From contig DATMGR010000032.1 in the NCBI GenBank assembly GCA_035555375.1, forward strand, positions 251,292-315,291: 64,000 bases of DNA, given 5' to 3'. A program made the translations under genes and the position numbers. The notes below the pieces were generated by a model that searched no databases, had not been told where the DNA came from, and saw nothing but the letters and a program-made list of their open reading frames with translations. The DNA comes from Kaistia sp. GTDB taxonomy: Bacteria; Pseudomonadota; Alphaproteobacteria; Rhizobiales; Kaistiaceae. How positions within the stretch are numbered: the stretch's first letter is position 1; each line of letters starts with the position of its first letter. Below are positions 1 through 10,828 of this stretch, piece by piece.

Positions 1-1188
1 GGAACGGCCGACGATGCCGATGCGCTCGCCCGGATGCACAGTGAGGTCGACGCCGCGGAGAACCGGCGTCGTGCCGCCATAGGCGAAGCTGACATGATCG
101 AACACGATCTCGCCCCGCCGCACGACGAGGTCCGGCGCCTCGGGCTGGTCGATGAGGCCATGCGGGCGCGCGATCGTGCGCATGCCATCCTCGACCGTGC
201 CGACATTGTCGAAGAGGCCCGTGAGCGTCATCATCACTCGGCCTGAAATGACGCTGAGGCGCATCACGAGGCCGAGCGCGACGGCCGTCTCGCCCGGGCT
301 GATCGCCCCGCGCGTCCACAGCCAGACGGCGGCTCCGCCCGTTGCCCCGACGAGGAGCGCATTCGAGATCTGCAGCAGGACCGACAATGTCGTCAGCAGC
401 CGGTTCTGGTCGAGCATGCGACCGGTCTGCTCGGCGATCGCGCCGCGCGCCGTCTCCTCCTCGCGTCCATCACGCGCAAAGAGCTTCACCGTCTGGATGT
501 TGCCATAGATATCGGCGAGCTTGCCGGTGAGCAGAGAACGTGCCTCGGACGCCGCCGCCGCCCGGCGCCGGACGCGCGGCACGAAAGCCGCGGCGAGCAC
601 GGCGAGCGCCAGCACCCAGATTGCGAGCGGCGCGGCCATCAGCGGATCGGCGCTGGCGAAAATGAAGAATGTGCTGGTGACAAAGACGGCGACGACCCAG
701 AGCGCATCGATCACCTGCGTGACGCTCTGCGTCATCGCCGAGCCCGTCTGCACGATCTTGGTGACGATGCGGCCGGAAAAATCGTTCTGGAAGAAGGTGT
801 AGGATTGACCGAGAACGTGCAGATGGTTGAGCCAGCGGATGCGCGCGGTGAGCGCCGGCGGCAGCGTCTGGTTGGAGATGATCGACTGGATCGCGTTGAC
901 GAGCGGCCGCAGCACCAGGACCACTAGGGCCATCATCGCGAGTTGATGGCCATGCTCTGCGAGGAAGGTCGCGGGCGTGCCGCGCGTCATCATGTCGACG
1001 AGCTGGCCGACATAGGAATAGATCGCGACCTCGGCGAGCGACGCGCCGAGCCCCGCAAGAAGCAGTGCCAGCACATAAGGCCAGACGGGCTGCAGGAAAT
1101 AGCGATAGAACGCAATCAACCCGGTCGGCGGGCTGCTCGACTCAGTCGAAAATGGATCGATCAGTCGTTCGAAATAGCGAAGCATCAT
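1..1188 (-). CDS. ABC exporter, fused permease/ATP-binding protein (runs off the left edge); paralogue of 14113..15942
   Basis: Not in the ORF track because its stop lies outside the window. Read manually on the minus strand from ATG at 1188: MMLRYFERLIDPFSTESSSPPTGLIAFYRYFLQPVWPY..., hydrophobic segments, FFQNDFSGRIVTKIVQTG, ending PGERIGIVGRS (start of Walker A) at base 1. Confidence 0.9.
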   Translation of the reverse strand, partial: MMLRYFERLIDPFSTESSSPPTGLIAFYRYFLQPVWPYVLALLLAGLGASLAEVAIYSYVGQLVDMMTRGTPATFLAEHGHQLAMMALVVLVLRPLVNAIQSIISNQTLPPALTARIRWLNHLHVLGQSYTFFQNDFSGRIVTKIVQTGSAMTQSVTQVIDALWVVAVFVTSTFFIFASADPLMAAPLAIWVLALAVLAAAFVPRVRRRAAAASEARSLLTGKLADIYGNIQTVKLFARDGREEETARGAIAEQTGRMLDQNRLLTTLSVLLQISNALLVGATGGAAVWLWTRGAISPGETAVALGLVMRLSVISGRVMMTLTGLFDNVGTVEDGMRTIARPHGLIDQPEAPDLVVRRGEIVFDHVSFAYGGTTPVLRGVDLTVHPGERIGIVGRS

Positions 1189-1248
1189 TGACCTTTGCGC
1201 GCCGCTTCCGGCATCCCTTCAACGCAAGCAGAGCGCGTTTCCGTCCCC

Positions 1249-1749
1249 ATGCCCCGCATCGTTCTCTACCAGCCCGATATCCCGCACAATACGGGCGCTA
1301 TCCTGCGCTTCGCGGCCTGTCTCGGGCTCGGCGTCGATCTGATCGAGCCGGCCGGCTTCGACCTGTCCGATCGCGGCATGAAGCGGGCCGGCATGGACTA
1401 TCTGGAGCGCGCAGCCCTCTCCCGCCACCTTTCTTTCGCAGCTTTTGAAGATCTCCGTCGCTCGACCGGCGGCCGCATCATCCTGCTCACGACCAAGGCC
1501 GCGCGGTCCTATCTCGATTTCGACTACTCGCCCGACGATTTCCTGCTGTTTGGCCGCGAGAGTGCCGGCGTTCCGGACGACGTCCATGCCAGGGCCGACC
1601 ACCGGCTCACCGTCCCCATGCAGCCGGGGCTGCGCTCGCTCAACCTCGCCATGACGGTCGCGATGGTCACAGGCGAGGCATTGCGCCAGACAGGCGGCTC
1701 CGCTGCCGACGATTCAAGCGACAAGGATGCTCCCCATGACCGCGCCTGA
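1249..1749 (+). CDS. trmL: tRNA (cytidine/uridine(34)-2'-O)-methyltransferase, SPOUT family
   Basis: [35 protein letters not shown] motifs; start moved to ATG 1249. Confidence 0.93.
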   Translation: MPRIVLYQPDIPHNTGAILRFAACLGLGVDLIEPAGFDLSDRGMKRAGMDYLERAALSRHLSFAAFEDLRRSTGGRIILLTTKAARSYLDFDYSPDDFLLFGRESAGVPDDVHARADHRLTVPMQPGLRSLNLAMTVAMVTGEALRQTGGSAADDSSDKDAPHDRA

Positions 1750-2641
1750 ACACACCATCCTGCCCGAGCATCTCGACGAGAAGAAGCAAAGCGCCAGCGC
1801 CTGGTTCGCGACCCTGCAGGCGCGCATCATCGCCGCCTTCGAGACGCTCGAGGACGAAGCCTCGCCCGCGCTCTATGCCGGCGCGCCCGGCCGCTTCGTG
1901 AAGACGCCGTGGAAGCGCACCGACCATACCGGCGCGGACGGCGGTGGCGGCACCATGGCGCTGATGAAGGGCCGTCTGTTCGAGAAGATCGGCGTCCACG
2001 TCTCGGCCGTCCATGGCAGCTTCGCGCCCGAATTCGCCAAGGATATTCCGGGCGCCAGCGAGGATCCGCGCTTCTGGGCCGGCGGCATCTCGCTGATTGC
2101 CCATATGGCCAATCCCAACGTGCCGACCGTCCACATGAACACGCGCATGGTGGTAACGACGCGACAATGGTTCGGCGGCGGCGCCGACCTGACACCGGTG
2201 CTCGATCGCCGCCGCACGCAGGACGATGCCGATACGATTGCCTTCCACGCGGCGATGCAGGACGCCTGTGGCCGCCATTCCGTGGCGGATTACGCCCGCT
2301 ACAAGGAGTGGTGCGACACCTATTTCTTCCTGAAGCATCGCAATGAGCCGCGCGGGATCGGCGGCATCTTCTATGACGGGCTGAACTCCGGCGACTGGGA
2401 GGCCGATTTCGCCTTCACGCAGGATGTCGGCACCAGCTTCCTCACGATCTACGAGCAGCTCGTCCGCGCCAATTTCAACACGCCCTGGACCGAGGCCGAC
2501 CGCGAGGAACAGCTCGTCCGGCGCGGGCGCTACGTCGAATTCAACCTGCTCTACGATCGCGGCACGATCTTCGGCCTTCGCACCGGCGGCAATGTCGATT
2601 CGATCCTGTCCTCGATGCCGCCGCTGGTGAAATGGCCGTGA
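1727..2641 (+). CDS. hemF: Oxygen-dependent coproporphyrinogen III oxidase
   Basis: [49 protein letters not shown]; alternative start at 1736. Confidence 0.96.
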   Translation: MLPMTAPEHTILPEHLDEKKQSASAWFATLQARIIAAFETLEDEASPALYAGAPGRFVKTPWKRTDHTGADGGGGTMALMKGRLFEKIGVHVSAVHGSFAPEFAKDIPGASEDPRFWAGGISLIAHMANPNVPTVHMNTRMVVTTRQWFGGGADLTPVLDRRRTQDDADTIAFHAAMQDACGRHSVADYARYKEWCDTYFFLKHRNEPRGIGGIFYDGLNSGDWEADFAFTQDVGTSFLTIYEQLVRANFNTPWTEADREEQLVRRGRYVEFNLLYDRGTIFGLRTGGNVDSILSSMPPLVKWP

Positions 2642-2837
2642 TCGCCTGGGGCGCCGAAGGCATCCTCCCGCGCTGCTCGGCAACTCGACACCGTAGACGG
2701 ACGCGTTCTTGGCCGATGACGCCGGTTTGCGCACCGGGCGACTGGACGCGGCGCGAAAGCTGGGGCAAGCCTTAGCGCCAACATGCGCGGCTCCGTCCGC
2801 GCTATCTCGATTTCCCGAAAGGGCCGCGAAAGCCGTC

Positions 2838-3380
2838 ATGACCTCCGAAGCCTTCGACTACGCCGCAGCCATCAGGACCATCCCGGATTATCCGGCAAAG
2901 GGCGTGATGTTCCGCGACATCACAACGCTGCTCGGCAATCCGCGCGCCTTCCGCCGCACCATCGACGAACTGGTCCAGCCCTGGGCCGGCGCCAAGATCG
3001 ACAAGGTCGCCGGCATCGAGGCGCGCGGCTTCATCATCGGCGGCGCGGTCGCACACCAGCTTTCGGCCGGCTTCGTGCCGATCCGCAAGAAGGGCAAGTT
3101 GCCCTTCGAGACGATCGGCATGGACTATGCCCTCGAATATGGCCAGGACCGGATCGAGATCCATGTCGACGCCGTCGAGAAGGGCGAACGCGTCATCCTC
3201 GTCGATGATCTGATCGCCACCGGCGGCACAGCCGAAGCGGCGATCAAGCTGCTGCGCGAGGCCGGGGTCAAGGTCGAGGCCGCCTGCTTCATCGTCGACC
3301 TGCCGGCTCTTGGCGGCGCCGACAAGCTGCGCGCTCTCGATGTTCCGGTGCGCACCCTTGTCGCGTTCGACGGCCACTGA
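2838..3380 (+). CDS. apt: Adenine phosphoribosyltransferase
   Basis: [32 protein letters not shown] motif [12 protein letters not shown]. Confidence 0.97.
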   Translation: MTSEAFDYAAAIRTIPDYPAKGVMFRDITTLLGNPRAFRRTIDELVQPWAGAKIDKVAGIEARGFIIGGAVAHQLSAGFVPIRKKGKLPFETIGMDYALEYGQDRIEIHVDAVEKGERVILVDDLIATGGTAEAAIKLLREAGVKVEAACFIVDLPALGGADKLRALDVPVRTLVAFDGH

Positions 3381-3393
3381 GCGGAGCGGCGCC

Positions 3394-4032
3394 ATGGCGG
3401 ATTTCACGCTGCATATCGGCACGCGCATCTGGTCGAGCTGGTCGCTGCGTCCCTTCATGGCGCTGGCCGCGACAGGCGCCGATTTCGAGACCATCGTGAC
3501 GCCGCTGCGCACCGCCACCTCCAAAGCGGCGATCACAGCCTTCAGTCCGTCCGGCCTCGTTCCAGTTCTGGTCGACAACCGGCCTGCAGAAACCGTCATC
3601 GTGTGGGATTCACTGGCCATCTGCGAATATCTCGCCGAGAGCTTTCCCGATCTCTGGCCGCGTGATGCCGCCGCGCGGGCCGTCGCACGCGCCGTATCGG
3701 CCGAGATGCACTCCGGCTTTCGAGCGATGCGCATGGCGATGCCGATGGATCTCTTCGCCGCACGTCCCGGCGAGGGACTGGACGCCGAGGGTGTCGCAAC
3801 CGATATTCAGCGCATCGATGCGATCTTCGCGGATTGCAGGTCGCGATTCGGCGCAGGTGGATCGTATCTTTTTGGTCGTTTCAGCATCGCCGATGCGATG
3901 TTCGCGCCGGTTGCGAGTCGCTTTCGCACGTATGGACCGACGCTTTCGGACCCTGCCGCAGCCTATGTCGCGACGCTGCTCGCCGATCCGGGCTTCACGG
4001 CTTGGGAAGAGGCGGCTGTGAAGGAAATGTGA
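3394..4032 (+). CDS. Glutathione S-transferase family protein
   Basis: SSWSLRP, SPSGLVPVL, WDSLAICEYLAE, SAEMHSGF, FSIADAMFAP. Confidence 0.9.
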   Translation: MADFTLHIGTRIWSSWSLRPFMALAATGADFETIVTPLRTATSKAAITAFSPSGLVPVLVDNRPAETVIVWDSLAICEYLAESFPDLWPRDAAARAVARAVSAEMHSGFRAMRMAMPMDLFAARPGEGLDAEGVATDIQRIDAIFADCRSRFGAGGSYLFGRFSIADAMFAPVASRFRTYGPTLSDPAAAYVATLLADPGFTAWEEAAVKEM

Positions 4033-4123
4033 CGGCGGCACAGTGTCTTACCGCCTTGACCATGGTGTCCCTTAGCTTCAGGCTCGCGAAGGGGTGGCAT
4101 GCTGATCCTACCGGGATGACGGT

Positions 4124-5407
4124 ATGAATTCCTTCTTCGATGTCTTCAAATGGGACCGTTTCGTCGCGCCCTCCGCGATGGAACTGCTCTTCTGGCTCGT
4201 CTCTGCAGTCGCGGTGCTGTTTGGCATCTGGGGCCTCGCGGCCGGTATTGCGATGGTCGGCGACAATGCGCTACCCGGCCTCATCCTGATCGCGGTCTCG
4301 ATCATCGGGACGCTGGTCGGCGTCATCGCAGCGCGCGTCGCCTGCGAGGCGGTCGTCATCCTCTTCCGCGTCAATGAAAACCTGATGGATATCGCCGAGC
4401 GGGGTAGCCTGGCGCCCCAGCCGGCGGCAATGTCCGAAAACGACATCGCCCGGCTCGACCGCCGCGCCACTGACGCCCGCGAGCGCGTCGCTGCGCGCCC
4501 CGAACCGGCAACCGAGCGGCCGGCGATCGACCACCGTCCGGCCGAACTCAAGCCTGCCGAGCCGGAGGACCGCGCGCGCGATCCGTTCGCGCCTGATCAG
4601 GGCCGCGTCGAGCCGAAGGCCTGGGATGTCCGCCCCGCGGAATCCCGCATCAGCGAGGCGAAGCCCGTGGTCGAGATCGAGCCGGTCGAACCGCCCGTGC
4701 GCGTTCGTGAAACCTCGGCAGAGAGCCGCACCGCCGAGCGCCGGACGCCGCCGACCATCGTGCTACCGGATCGCAGCGAGCCGAAGGCCCCACAGCGCGA
4801 GATCAGGCGTCCGGGCGGGCGAGCAGACCCGGCGATCGAGCACGCACTGAAGCGTCTCTCCGAGCCGTCCAGCAGCGAAGCCATGCGATCGAGCCTTGCC
4901 GAGGGACTGGAAAGCCAGTTGGTCGAAGCACGTCCGCAGGCAGCCGATATCGCCCACGCTTCGCCCGAGCCGCGTCGCCCCGCCGTCGCCGCGCCCGCTG
5001 AAGGCGACGATGTCACCGCGCTCCCCGCCTTTATCGGCACGCGTCATTCCGCGGCGCCGGAGCCGGCGGATGTGCCGATCGAACTGCCGCCCGGGCTCGC
5101 CAGGGACAAGGCACGTCGGCGTAACGGACAGGCAGTCGAAGCCGGCAGCGAAGTCGAAGGCGCCACCCCGATCGCCTTGCCGCCGACAAAGGTCGCCTTC
5201 GCCGAAGCTGGAAGCGTCTCCCCGAAGGCCAGTCCCTTGCGGGCTCCGGCCGCGAGGCAGTCGGAGAGCGAGCAGGACAAGCCGAAAGGGCAGCAGCCGC
5301 AGAAGTCCGGCAACAAGAATCGCGGCAATGCGCGGCATCAGCCGGCGAAAGGCGGGCAGACGCCGCTGAAACGCCGCCGGCCACGCCCGGATCAGGACGG
5401 CGGCTGA
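4124..5407 (+). CDS. Membrane protein: DUF4282-like N-terminal TM hairpin plus a long Pro/Ala/Glu/Arg-rich low-complexity tail
   Basis: FKWDRFVAP, two hydrophobic helices, RVACE..ILFRVNENL; about 330 aa low-complexity C-terminus. Confidence 0.65.
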   Translation: MNSFFDVFKWDRFVAPSAMELLFWLVSAVAVLFGIWGLAAGIAMVGDNALPGLILIAVSIIGTLVGVIAARVACEAVVILFRVNENLMDIAERGSLAPQPAAMSENDIARLDRRATDARERVAARPEPATERPAIDHRPAELKPAEPEDRARDPFAPDQGRVEPKAWDVRPAESRISEAKPVVEIEPVEPPVRVRETSAESRTAERRTPPTIVLPDRSEPKAPQREIRRPGGRADPAIEHALKRLSEPSSSEAMRSSLAEGLESQLVEARPQAADIAHASPEPRRPAVAAPAEGDDVTALPAFIGTRHSAAPEPADVPIELPPGLARDKARRRNGQAVEAGSEVEGATPIALPPTKVAFAEAGSVSPKASPLRAPAARQSESEQDKPKGQQPQKSGNKNRGNARHQPAKGGQTPLKRRRPRPDQDGG

Positions 5408-5425
5408 CGCCGCCGCCGCATCGCG

Positions 5426-6520
5426 TCAGGTATTGAAGCGGAAGAGCAGCACGTCGCCGTCGGCGACGACATACTCCTTGCCTTCATCGCGCGCCCGGCC
5501 GGCTTCCTTGGCGCCGGCTTCGCCGCCGAGGCGGACATAATCTTCATAGGCGATGGTCTGGGCGCGGATAAAGCCACGCTCGAAATCGCTATGAATCACG
5601 GCCGCGGCCTGCGGAGCCCTCGTGCCGGCGACGATCGTCCAGGCACGCGCTTCCTTGGGGCCGACCGTGAAATAGGTGATGAGGCCGAGCAGCGCATAGC
5701 CGGCGCGGATCAGGCGATCGAGGCCCGGCTCTTCAAGCCCGAGCGTTTCCAGGAAATCCTTCTGCTCGGCCGGATCGAGCTGCGCGATCTCCGATTCGAT
5801 CGCCGCCGAGATCACGACACAGCCGGCGCCCTGCGCCTTGGCCATGACCTCGACCTTCTGCGAAAAGGCATTGCCTGTCGCCGCCGCAGCTTCCTCGACA
5901 TTGCAGACATAGAGCACGGGCTTCGACGTCAGGAGGTTGAGCGCGTCGAAGGCGGCGCGATCCTCCGCCGAGACCTTGAGCTGCCGGGCGGGCACGCCCT
6001 CGCGCAGGAGCGCGAGTGCGCCTTCCATCAGCTCGACCTGCTGCTTGGCCTCCTTGTCGGTGCCAGCGCGCTTCTTCAGCGGCACGACGCGGCGCTCGAG
6101 GCTGTCGAGATCGGCGAGCATCAGTTCGGTTTCGACTGTCTCGGCATCGGCGACCGGATCGATCCGGTTCTCGACATGGGTGATGTCGCCGTCCTCGAAG
6201 CATCTGAGCACATGGGCAATTGCATCGACCTCGCGGATATTGGCGAGGAACTGGTTGCCGAGACCCTCCCCCTTCGACGCGCCGCGCACCAGGCCGGCGA
6301 TGTCGACGAAGGTCAGTCGCGTCGGCACGATCTGCTGCGACTTGCCGATGCGGCAGAGTTCATCGAGACGCGGATCGGGCACCGCCACCTCACCGGTGTT
6401 CGGCTCGATCGTGCAGAACGGATAATTCGCCGCCTGCGCCGCCGCCGTCTTGGTCAGCGCGTTGAACAAGGTCGACTTGCCGACATTCGGCAGGCCGACG
6501 ATCCCGCATTTGAAGCCCAT
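5426..6520 (-). CDS. ychF: Ribosome-binding redox-regulated ATPase YchF
   Basis: GIVGLPNVGKSTLFNALT, ANYPFCTIEPN, DIAGLV, C-terminal FRFNT. Confidence 0.98.
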   Translation of the reverse strand: MGFKCGIVGLPNVGKSTLFNALTKTAAAQAANYPFCTIEPNTGEVAVPDPRLDELCRIGKSQQIVPTRLTFVDIAGLVRGASKGEGLGNQFLANIREVDAIAHVLRCFEDGDITHVENRIDPVADAETVETELMLADLDSLERRVVPLKKRAGTDKEAKQQVELMEGALALLREGVPARQLKVSAEDRAAFDALNLLTSKPVLYVCNVEEAAAATGNAFSQKVEVMAKAQGAGCVVISAAIESEIAQLDPAEQKDFLETLGLEEPGLDRLIRAGYALLGLITYFTVGPKEARAWTIVAGTRAPQAAAVIHSDFERGFIRAQTIAYEDYVRLGGEAGAKEAGRARDEGKEYVVADGDVLLFRFNT

Positions 6521-6708
6521 GATGCTCTTTCAGTTCATTGAAGACGATGAGGCAGAGAACCGCGCGCCGATCAGCGCCGCGCCTGCCAAGCCAATGTTCC
6601 GCTGCTCCATAGCCCCCGGCAGACCCGATCGGCAACCCGCCATTCGCCGCGCAGCGCCGAAGTCGTGACCAACTCTCGCCAGAAACGATCGCTTTGGCGC
6701 AAGAACGG

Positions 6709-7395
6709 CTATTCGCCCTTGCCAAACAGCTTCTTCAGCCCGGCCGCCAGCGGATTGTCTGTAGCGGGCGCCTTTGTGGGCTCAGGCGCTGCGGCGGCCG
6801 GAGCGACCGGCTTCGCGACAGGCTTTTCGGGCTCGGCCGTGCGATGGAGGCGGTTAGCGAAGGTGTTGTCCTTGCCATCCGCGAGCAGGCCGACATTTTC
6901 GGCAATCGCATCGAGCAGCGGATTGACCCAGGCGCCATCGGCGCGCGCGAAATCATGCAGCACATAGCCATGCACGAGTTCCTTGGCGCCGGGATGACCA
7001 ATGCCGAGGCGCAGGCGCCGATAATCGTCGCCGAGATGGGCCGTGATCGAGCGGAGGCCGTTATGGCCGCCATGCCCGCCGCCCTGCTTCATCCGGATCT
7101 TGCCGGGCGGCAAATCCAGTTCGTCGTGAAGCACGATGACGTCGGCATTGGGGATCTTGTGGAAGCGTGTCGCCTCGGCGACGGCGCGGCCGCTCTCGTT
7201 CATGAAGGTCTGCGGCTTCATCAGCAGCACCTTGCGCCCCTGCAGCACGCCCTCGGCAACCAGTGCCTGGAAGCGCGCGCGCCAGGGAGAGAAGCCATGG
7301 CGGCGGTGGATCGCATCCGCCGCCATGAAGCCAATATTGTGCCGATTCAAAGCATATTGGCCGCCGGGATTGCCGAGGCCGACGATGAGGAGCAT
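6709..7395 (-). CDS. pth: Peptidyl-tRNA hydrolase
   Basis: [38 protein letters not shown]. Confidence 0.97.
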   Translation of the reverse strand: MLLIVGLGNPGGQYALNRHNIGFMAADAIHRRHGFSPWRARFQALVAEGVLQGRKVLLMKPQTFMNESGRAVAEATRFHKIPNADVIVLHDELDLPPGKIRMKQGGGHGGHNGLRSITAHLGDDYRRLRLGIGHPGAKELVHGYVLHDFARADGAWVNPLLDAIAENVGLLADGKDNTFANRLHRTAEPEKPVAKPVAPAAAAPEPTKAPATDNPLAAGLKKLFGKGE

Positions 7396-7428
7396 GACGC
7401 CCTCCCCGCTCTGAACCGGGATTGTTCC

Positions 7429-8046
7429 TTAGGCCTTGGCGGCCGCAGCCGCCGCGTCCTCAGCCTGCTCTTCGGTCGTCAGCGCGGCCGGCGGAGCAAT
7501 CGTTGCGAGCGTCGCGTCCTCGGCCGAAGTCGGCTTCACGCCTTCCGGCAAGGTGATCGACGACAGATGCACGGAGTCGCCGATATTGAGGCCGGCGAGA
7601 TCGACGACGATGTGATCGGGGATCGCATCGGCCGGGCAATTAACGTCGATTTCATGCGTGACGATATTGAGCACGCCGCCTGCCTTGAGGCCGGGAGCCT
7701 TGTCCTCGTTGATCACCTGAACAGGGATCTGGACGTGGATGGTGCCGCCAGCGGTGATGCGCAGGAAGTCGACATGGATCGGCTGATCGGTGACCGGGTC
7801 GAGCGCGAAGTCGCGCGGAATGACGCGGATCTTGTCGCCATCGACATTGATCGTGGCGACGGTCGTGAGGAAGCCGCCAGCATGCAGCTTCAGGAACACG
7901 TCCTTGTGCGACAGTTCGATCGCGAGGGGGGACTGCTTGTCACCATAGATGACAGCCGGGATCTTGCCTTCGCGACGCGACGCCCGGGCGGCCCCCTTGC
8001 CCACGCGGTTGCGCACGGAGGCCGTGAGCTCGTAGGAAGTGCTCAT
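7429..8046 (-). CDS. rplY: 50S ribosomal protein L25/general stress protein Ctc
   Basis: [26 protein letters not shown]; SD AAGGAG upstream. Confidence 0.97.
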   Translation of the reverse strand: MSTSYELTASVRNRVGKGAARASRREGKIPAVIYGDKQSPLAIELSHKDVFLKLHAGGFLTTVATINVDGDKIRVIPRDFALDPVTDQPIHVDFLRITAGGTIHVQIPVQVINEDKAPGLKAGGVLNIVTHEIDVNCPADAIPDHIVVDLAGLNIGDSVHLSSITLPEGVKPTSAEDATLATIAPPAALTTEEQAEDAAAAAAKA

Positions 8047-8112
8047 CGGAATTCTCCTTTAAAAACGAAAAACGGCCGCGGTGCCTCCAGGGGTGTCGGC
8101 GCAGCCGCGGTG

Positions 8113-8141
8113 CTTATAGACGAGGCGCGGCGGGAGAACAA
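8113..8141 (-). promoter_or_regulatory. Putative sigma70 promoter of rplY-pth
   Basis: Minus strand TTGTTC-N17-TATAAG; predicted start near 8106, at the base of a leader hairpin. Confidence 0.55.
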
Positions 8142-8199
8142 GGCGAAGCCGCAAGCCGCCTCAGCGCTTGTCAAGACGGGCCAGGCGCGGCGCTTGCTC

Positions 8200-9132
8200 T
8201 CAGATGAAGAGGCTGGAGACCGACTTCTCGCTGGCCGTGCGGTTGATGGCTTCGCCGATCAGCGTCGAGATCGAGGTGACGCGAATATTGGTTGCGCTCT
8301 GGACCGCCTCGGTCGGCTGGATCGAGTCGGTGATCACCAGTTCCTTGAGCATGGAGCCGGCGATGCGCGCCACTGCGCCGCCGGACAGCACACCATGGGT
8401 GATATAGGCAACGACCGACTTCGCGCCCTTGGCGACCAGAGCCTCGGCCGCATTGCACAGCGTCCCGCCCGAATCGACGATGTCGTCGAACAGGATGCAA
8501 TCGCGTCCCTCGACATTGCCGATGATGTTCATCACCTCCGATTCGCCCGGCCGTTCGCGGCGCTTGTCGACGATGGCGAGCGGCGCGTCGATGCGCTTGG
8601 CAAGCGCGCGGGCGCGCACGACGCCGCCGACATCCGGCGAGACCACCATGACGTTCCGAAGCTCGTAATGCTCCTTGATGTCGCGGGTTATCACCGGCAC
8701 GGAGAAGAGATTGTCGGTCGGGATATCGAAGAAGCCCTGAATCTGGCCGGCATGCAGATCGAGCGTCAGCACGCGGTCGGCGCCGGCATGGGTGATCAGA
8801 TTCGCCACCAGCTTGGCCGAGATCGGCGTGCGCGGCCCCGCCTTCCGATCCTGCCGCGCATAGCCGAAATAGGGCAGCACGGCCGTGATGCGGCGCGCGG
8901 AGGAGCGGCGCAGCGCATCGATGATGATCAGCAATTCCATGAGATGATCGTTGGCCGGGAAGCTCGTCGACTGGATGACGAACACATCCTCGCCGCGCAC
9001 GTTTTCCTGGATCTCGACGAAGATCTCCTGATCCGCAAATCGCCGCACGAGGCATTTGGCGAGGGGGATTTCGAGATAGGCGGCGATCGCCTCGGCGAGC
9101 ACCCTGTTGGAGTTTCCGGCAACCAGCTTCAA
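8200..9132 (-). CDS. prs: Ribose-phosphate pyrophosphokinase (probable TTG start)
   Basis: [50 protein letters not shown]. Confidence 0.97.
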   Translation of the reverse strand: MKLVAGNSNRVLAEAIAAYLEIPLAKCLVRRFADQEIFVEIQENVRGEDVFVIQSTSFPANDHLMELLIIIDALRRSSARRITAVLPYFGYARQDRKAGPRTPISAKLVANLITHAGADRVLTLDLHAGQIQGFFDIPTDNLFSVPVITRDIKEHYELRNVMVVSPDVGGVVRARALAKRIDAPLAIVDKRRERPGESEVMNIIGNVEGRDCILFDDIVDSGGTLCNAAEALVAKGAKSVVAYITHGVLSGGAVARIAGSMLKELVITDSIQPTEAVQSATNIRVTSISTLIGEAINRTASEKSVSSLFI

Positions 9133-9265
9133 GGTTTCGGGTCCCCGTTCATCCTTGGTGCAGATGGGCTTGGCGATCCGGTTTGGGATCGTTCTATGGC
9201 GCGGCGGCGTTGTAGCAACTCGGCCACCGCACTGCAAACGCGATTCCGCCGGCTTCGGATCGGTC

Positions 9266-9919
9266 TCAACCCGAACCGGCCGGCAGCGTCAGCGGCGCGG
9301 GCTGAGGCATGGTCTCGGGCGGCAGGTTTGTCGAGGGAATGGCGTTGATCGAAGGCGCCGTCGTCACCGGGGCAGCGGCGGACACGGCGCTCGTCGCCGG
9401 CGCGCCCCTGCCCCAATCGACCAGCGCGTTGATGGTCTGGCGCGCCACATCCGTCGTCGTCGCCGCATCGACGCCAGACCAGGGATCGCGCGTCGCGCCA
9501 GGCGCCATCGACTGGCCGGAAATGCGGTGGACCCGCTGCCCGCTGCGATCGAAAACGTCCCAGACAAATACGAGGATCGTGCCCGACGCATCGCCGACCG
9601 CCGAGAGGTAGCCCTTGATGATATAGGTCGCCGCGGGATCGTTCGAGGGGACCAGAGTCACCTGCTGGGTGAACGCCTCCTTGCCGAGCTGCGCCGAAAT
9701 ATTGGTGAGGACGGTCGCCGGGGCGCCCGTCACCGGCGCGAAGGCAATCTTCGCCTGCGAGAGCGGCACGGCGGGCGGCGCCACGGCTGTCGGCGTGATC
9801 GCCGTCGCCATGGACTGTGCGGCGCCGGTGATGCCGTCACCACCGCCGCAGGCCGAAAGAGCGGTCGCCGCCGTCATGGCGACAAGGGCCCAAACCGGCC
9901 AATTTCCCTTCTCATTCAT
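9266..9919 (-). CDS. Hypothetical lipoprotein
   Basis: Signal peptide with lipobox LSAC; core YIIKGYLSA...[17 protein letters not shown]. Confidence 0.75.
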   Translation of the reverse strand: MNEKGNWPVWALVAMTAATALSACGGGDGITGAAQSMATAITPTAVAPPAVPLSQAKIAFAPVTGAPATVLTNISAQLGKEAFTQQVTLVPSNDPAATYIIKGYLSAVGDASGTILVFVWDVFDRSGQRVHRISGQSMAPGATRDPWSGVDAATTTDVARQTINALVDWGRGAPATSAVSAAAPVTTAPSINAIPSTNLPPETMPQPAPLTLPAGSG

Positions 9920-10033
9920 AGTGATCGTCCCGCCGGCGCGAGTCCGGAGCCCCTTGGGCCCTGTCTAGCGACAAAACGGGAGTGGGTCCAGAACGCCACC
10001 CCTGCATCGCTCACCCTCACGCAACTTCGCGCA

Positions 10034-10810
10034 TCACGTTTCATCATCGACGAGTGCAATCGCGTGAAGCAGGCGGCCGTAATCCGCCTCGCCCTGATGC
10101 GTCATGCGACGATAGGAATAGAAGCGGGTCGGATCGGCATAGGTGCAGAGCGCGAGATCGTGGAAACGGCCGGCGCCCGCGCCAATGGCGCGCGCGCCGA
10201 TATAGGCCGGCAGGTCGAAATAGTGATGCCCCGCCTTTTCGGAAGAAGCGAAGAAGCGAGCGTTGGCGGCCTCTGCGTCGAGGAAGCGGGCGATGAATTC
10301 CGGGCCGACTTCATAGGCCGCGGCAGAGATGGTCGGGCCGAGCACGACCGTGATTCGCCCGCGTTCGGCGCCGAGCGCCTCCATCGCGTCGAGCGTTGCC
10401 TCGATCACACCCGTGAAGGCGCCGCGCCAGCCGGCATGGGCCGCGCCGATCACCCGCGCGAGAGGATCGGCGAACAGCAAGGGGCCGCAATCGGCTGTGC
10501 CGATGCCGATCGCGATTCCCGGCCGGGCCGTGACGACGGCGTCCGCCTTTGGCCCTGCCCCGGTCTCCCACACGGCATCGACCGTCGCGACGTCGGGACT
10601 GTGCACCTGGAACGGCGTTGCCAGCCGGTCGGCCGCGACGCCGAGATCGCGCGCGACACGGGCGCGGTTCTCAAGCACGCGGTCGCGGTCGTCTTCCGAG
10701 CCGACGCCGCAATTGAGGCTGGCATAGATGCCGTCCGAAGCGCCGCCCTGCCTAGTGTAGAAGCCGTGGCGGATGCCCGGCAAGTCGAGCACATCGGCGG
10801 TGATCTTCAT
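10034..10810 (-). CDS. pgeF: Peptidoglycan editing factor PgeF (YfiH/LACC1 family)
   Basis: HGFYTRQGG, SLNCG, QVHS, TADCGP, HAGWRG, FYSYRR. Confidence 0.92.
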   Translation of the reverse strand: MKITADVLDLPGIRHGFYTRQGGASDGIYASLNCGVGSEDDRDRVLENRARVARDLGVAADRLATPFQVHSPDVATVDAVWETGAGPKADAVVTARPGIAIGIGTADCGPLLFADPLARVIGAAHAGWRGAFTGVIEATLDAMEALGAERGRITVVLGPTISAAAYEVGPEFIARFLDAEAANARFFASSEKAGHHYFDLPAYIGARAIGAGAGRFHDLALCTYADPTRFYSYRRMTHQGEADYGRLLHAIALVDDET

Positions 10811-10828
10811 CGGCTCCGTCTCCCTTGG

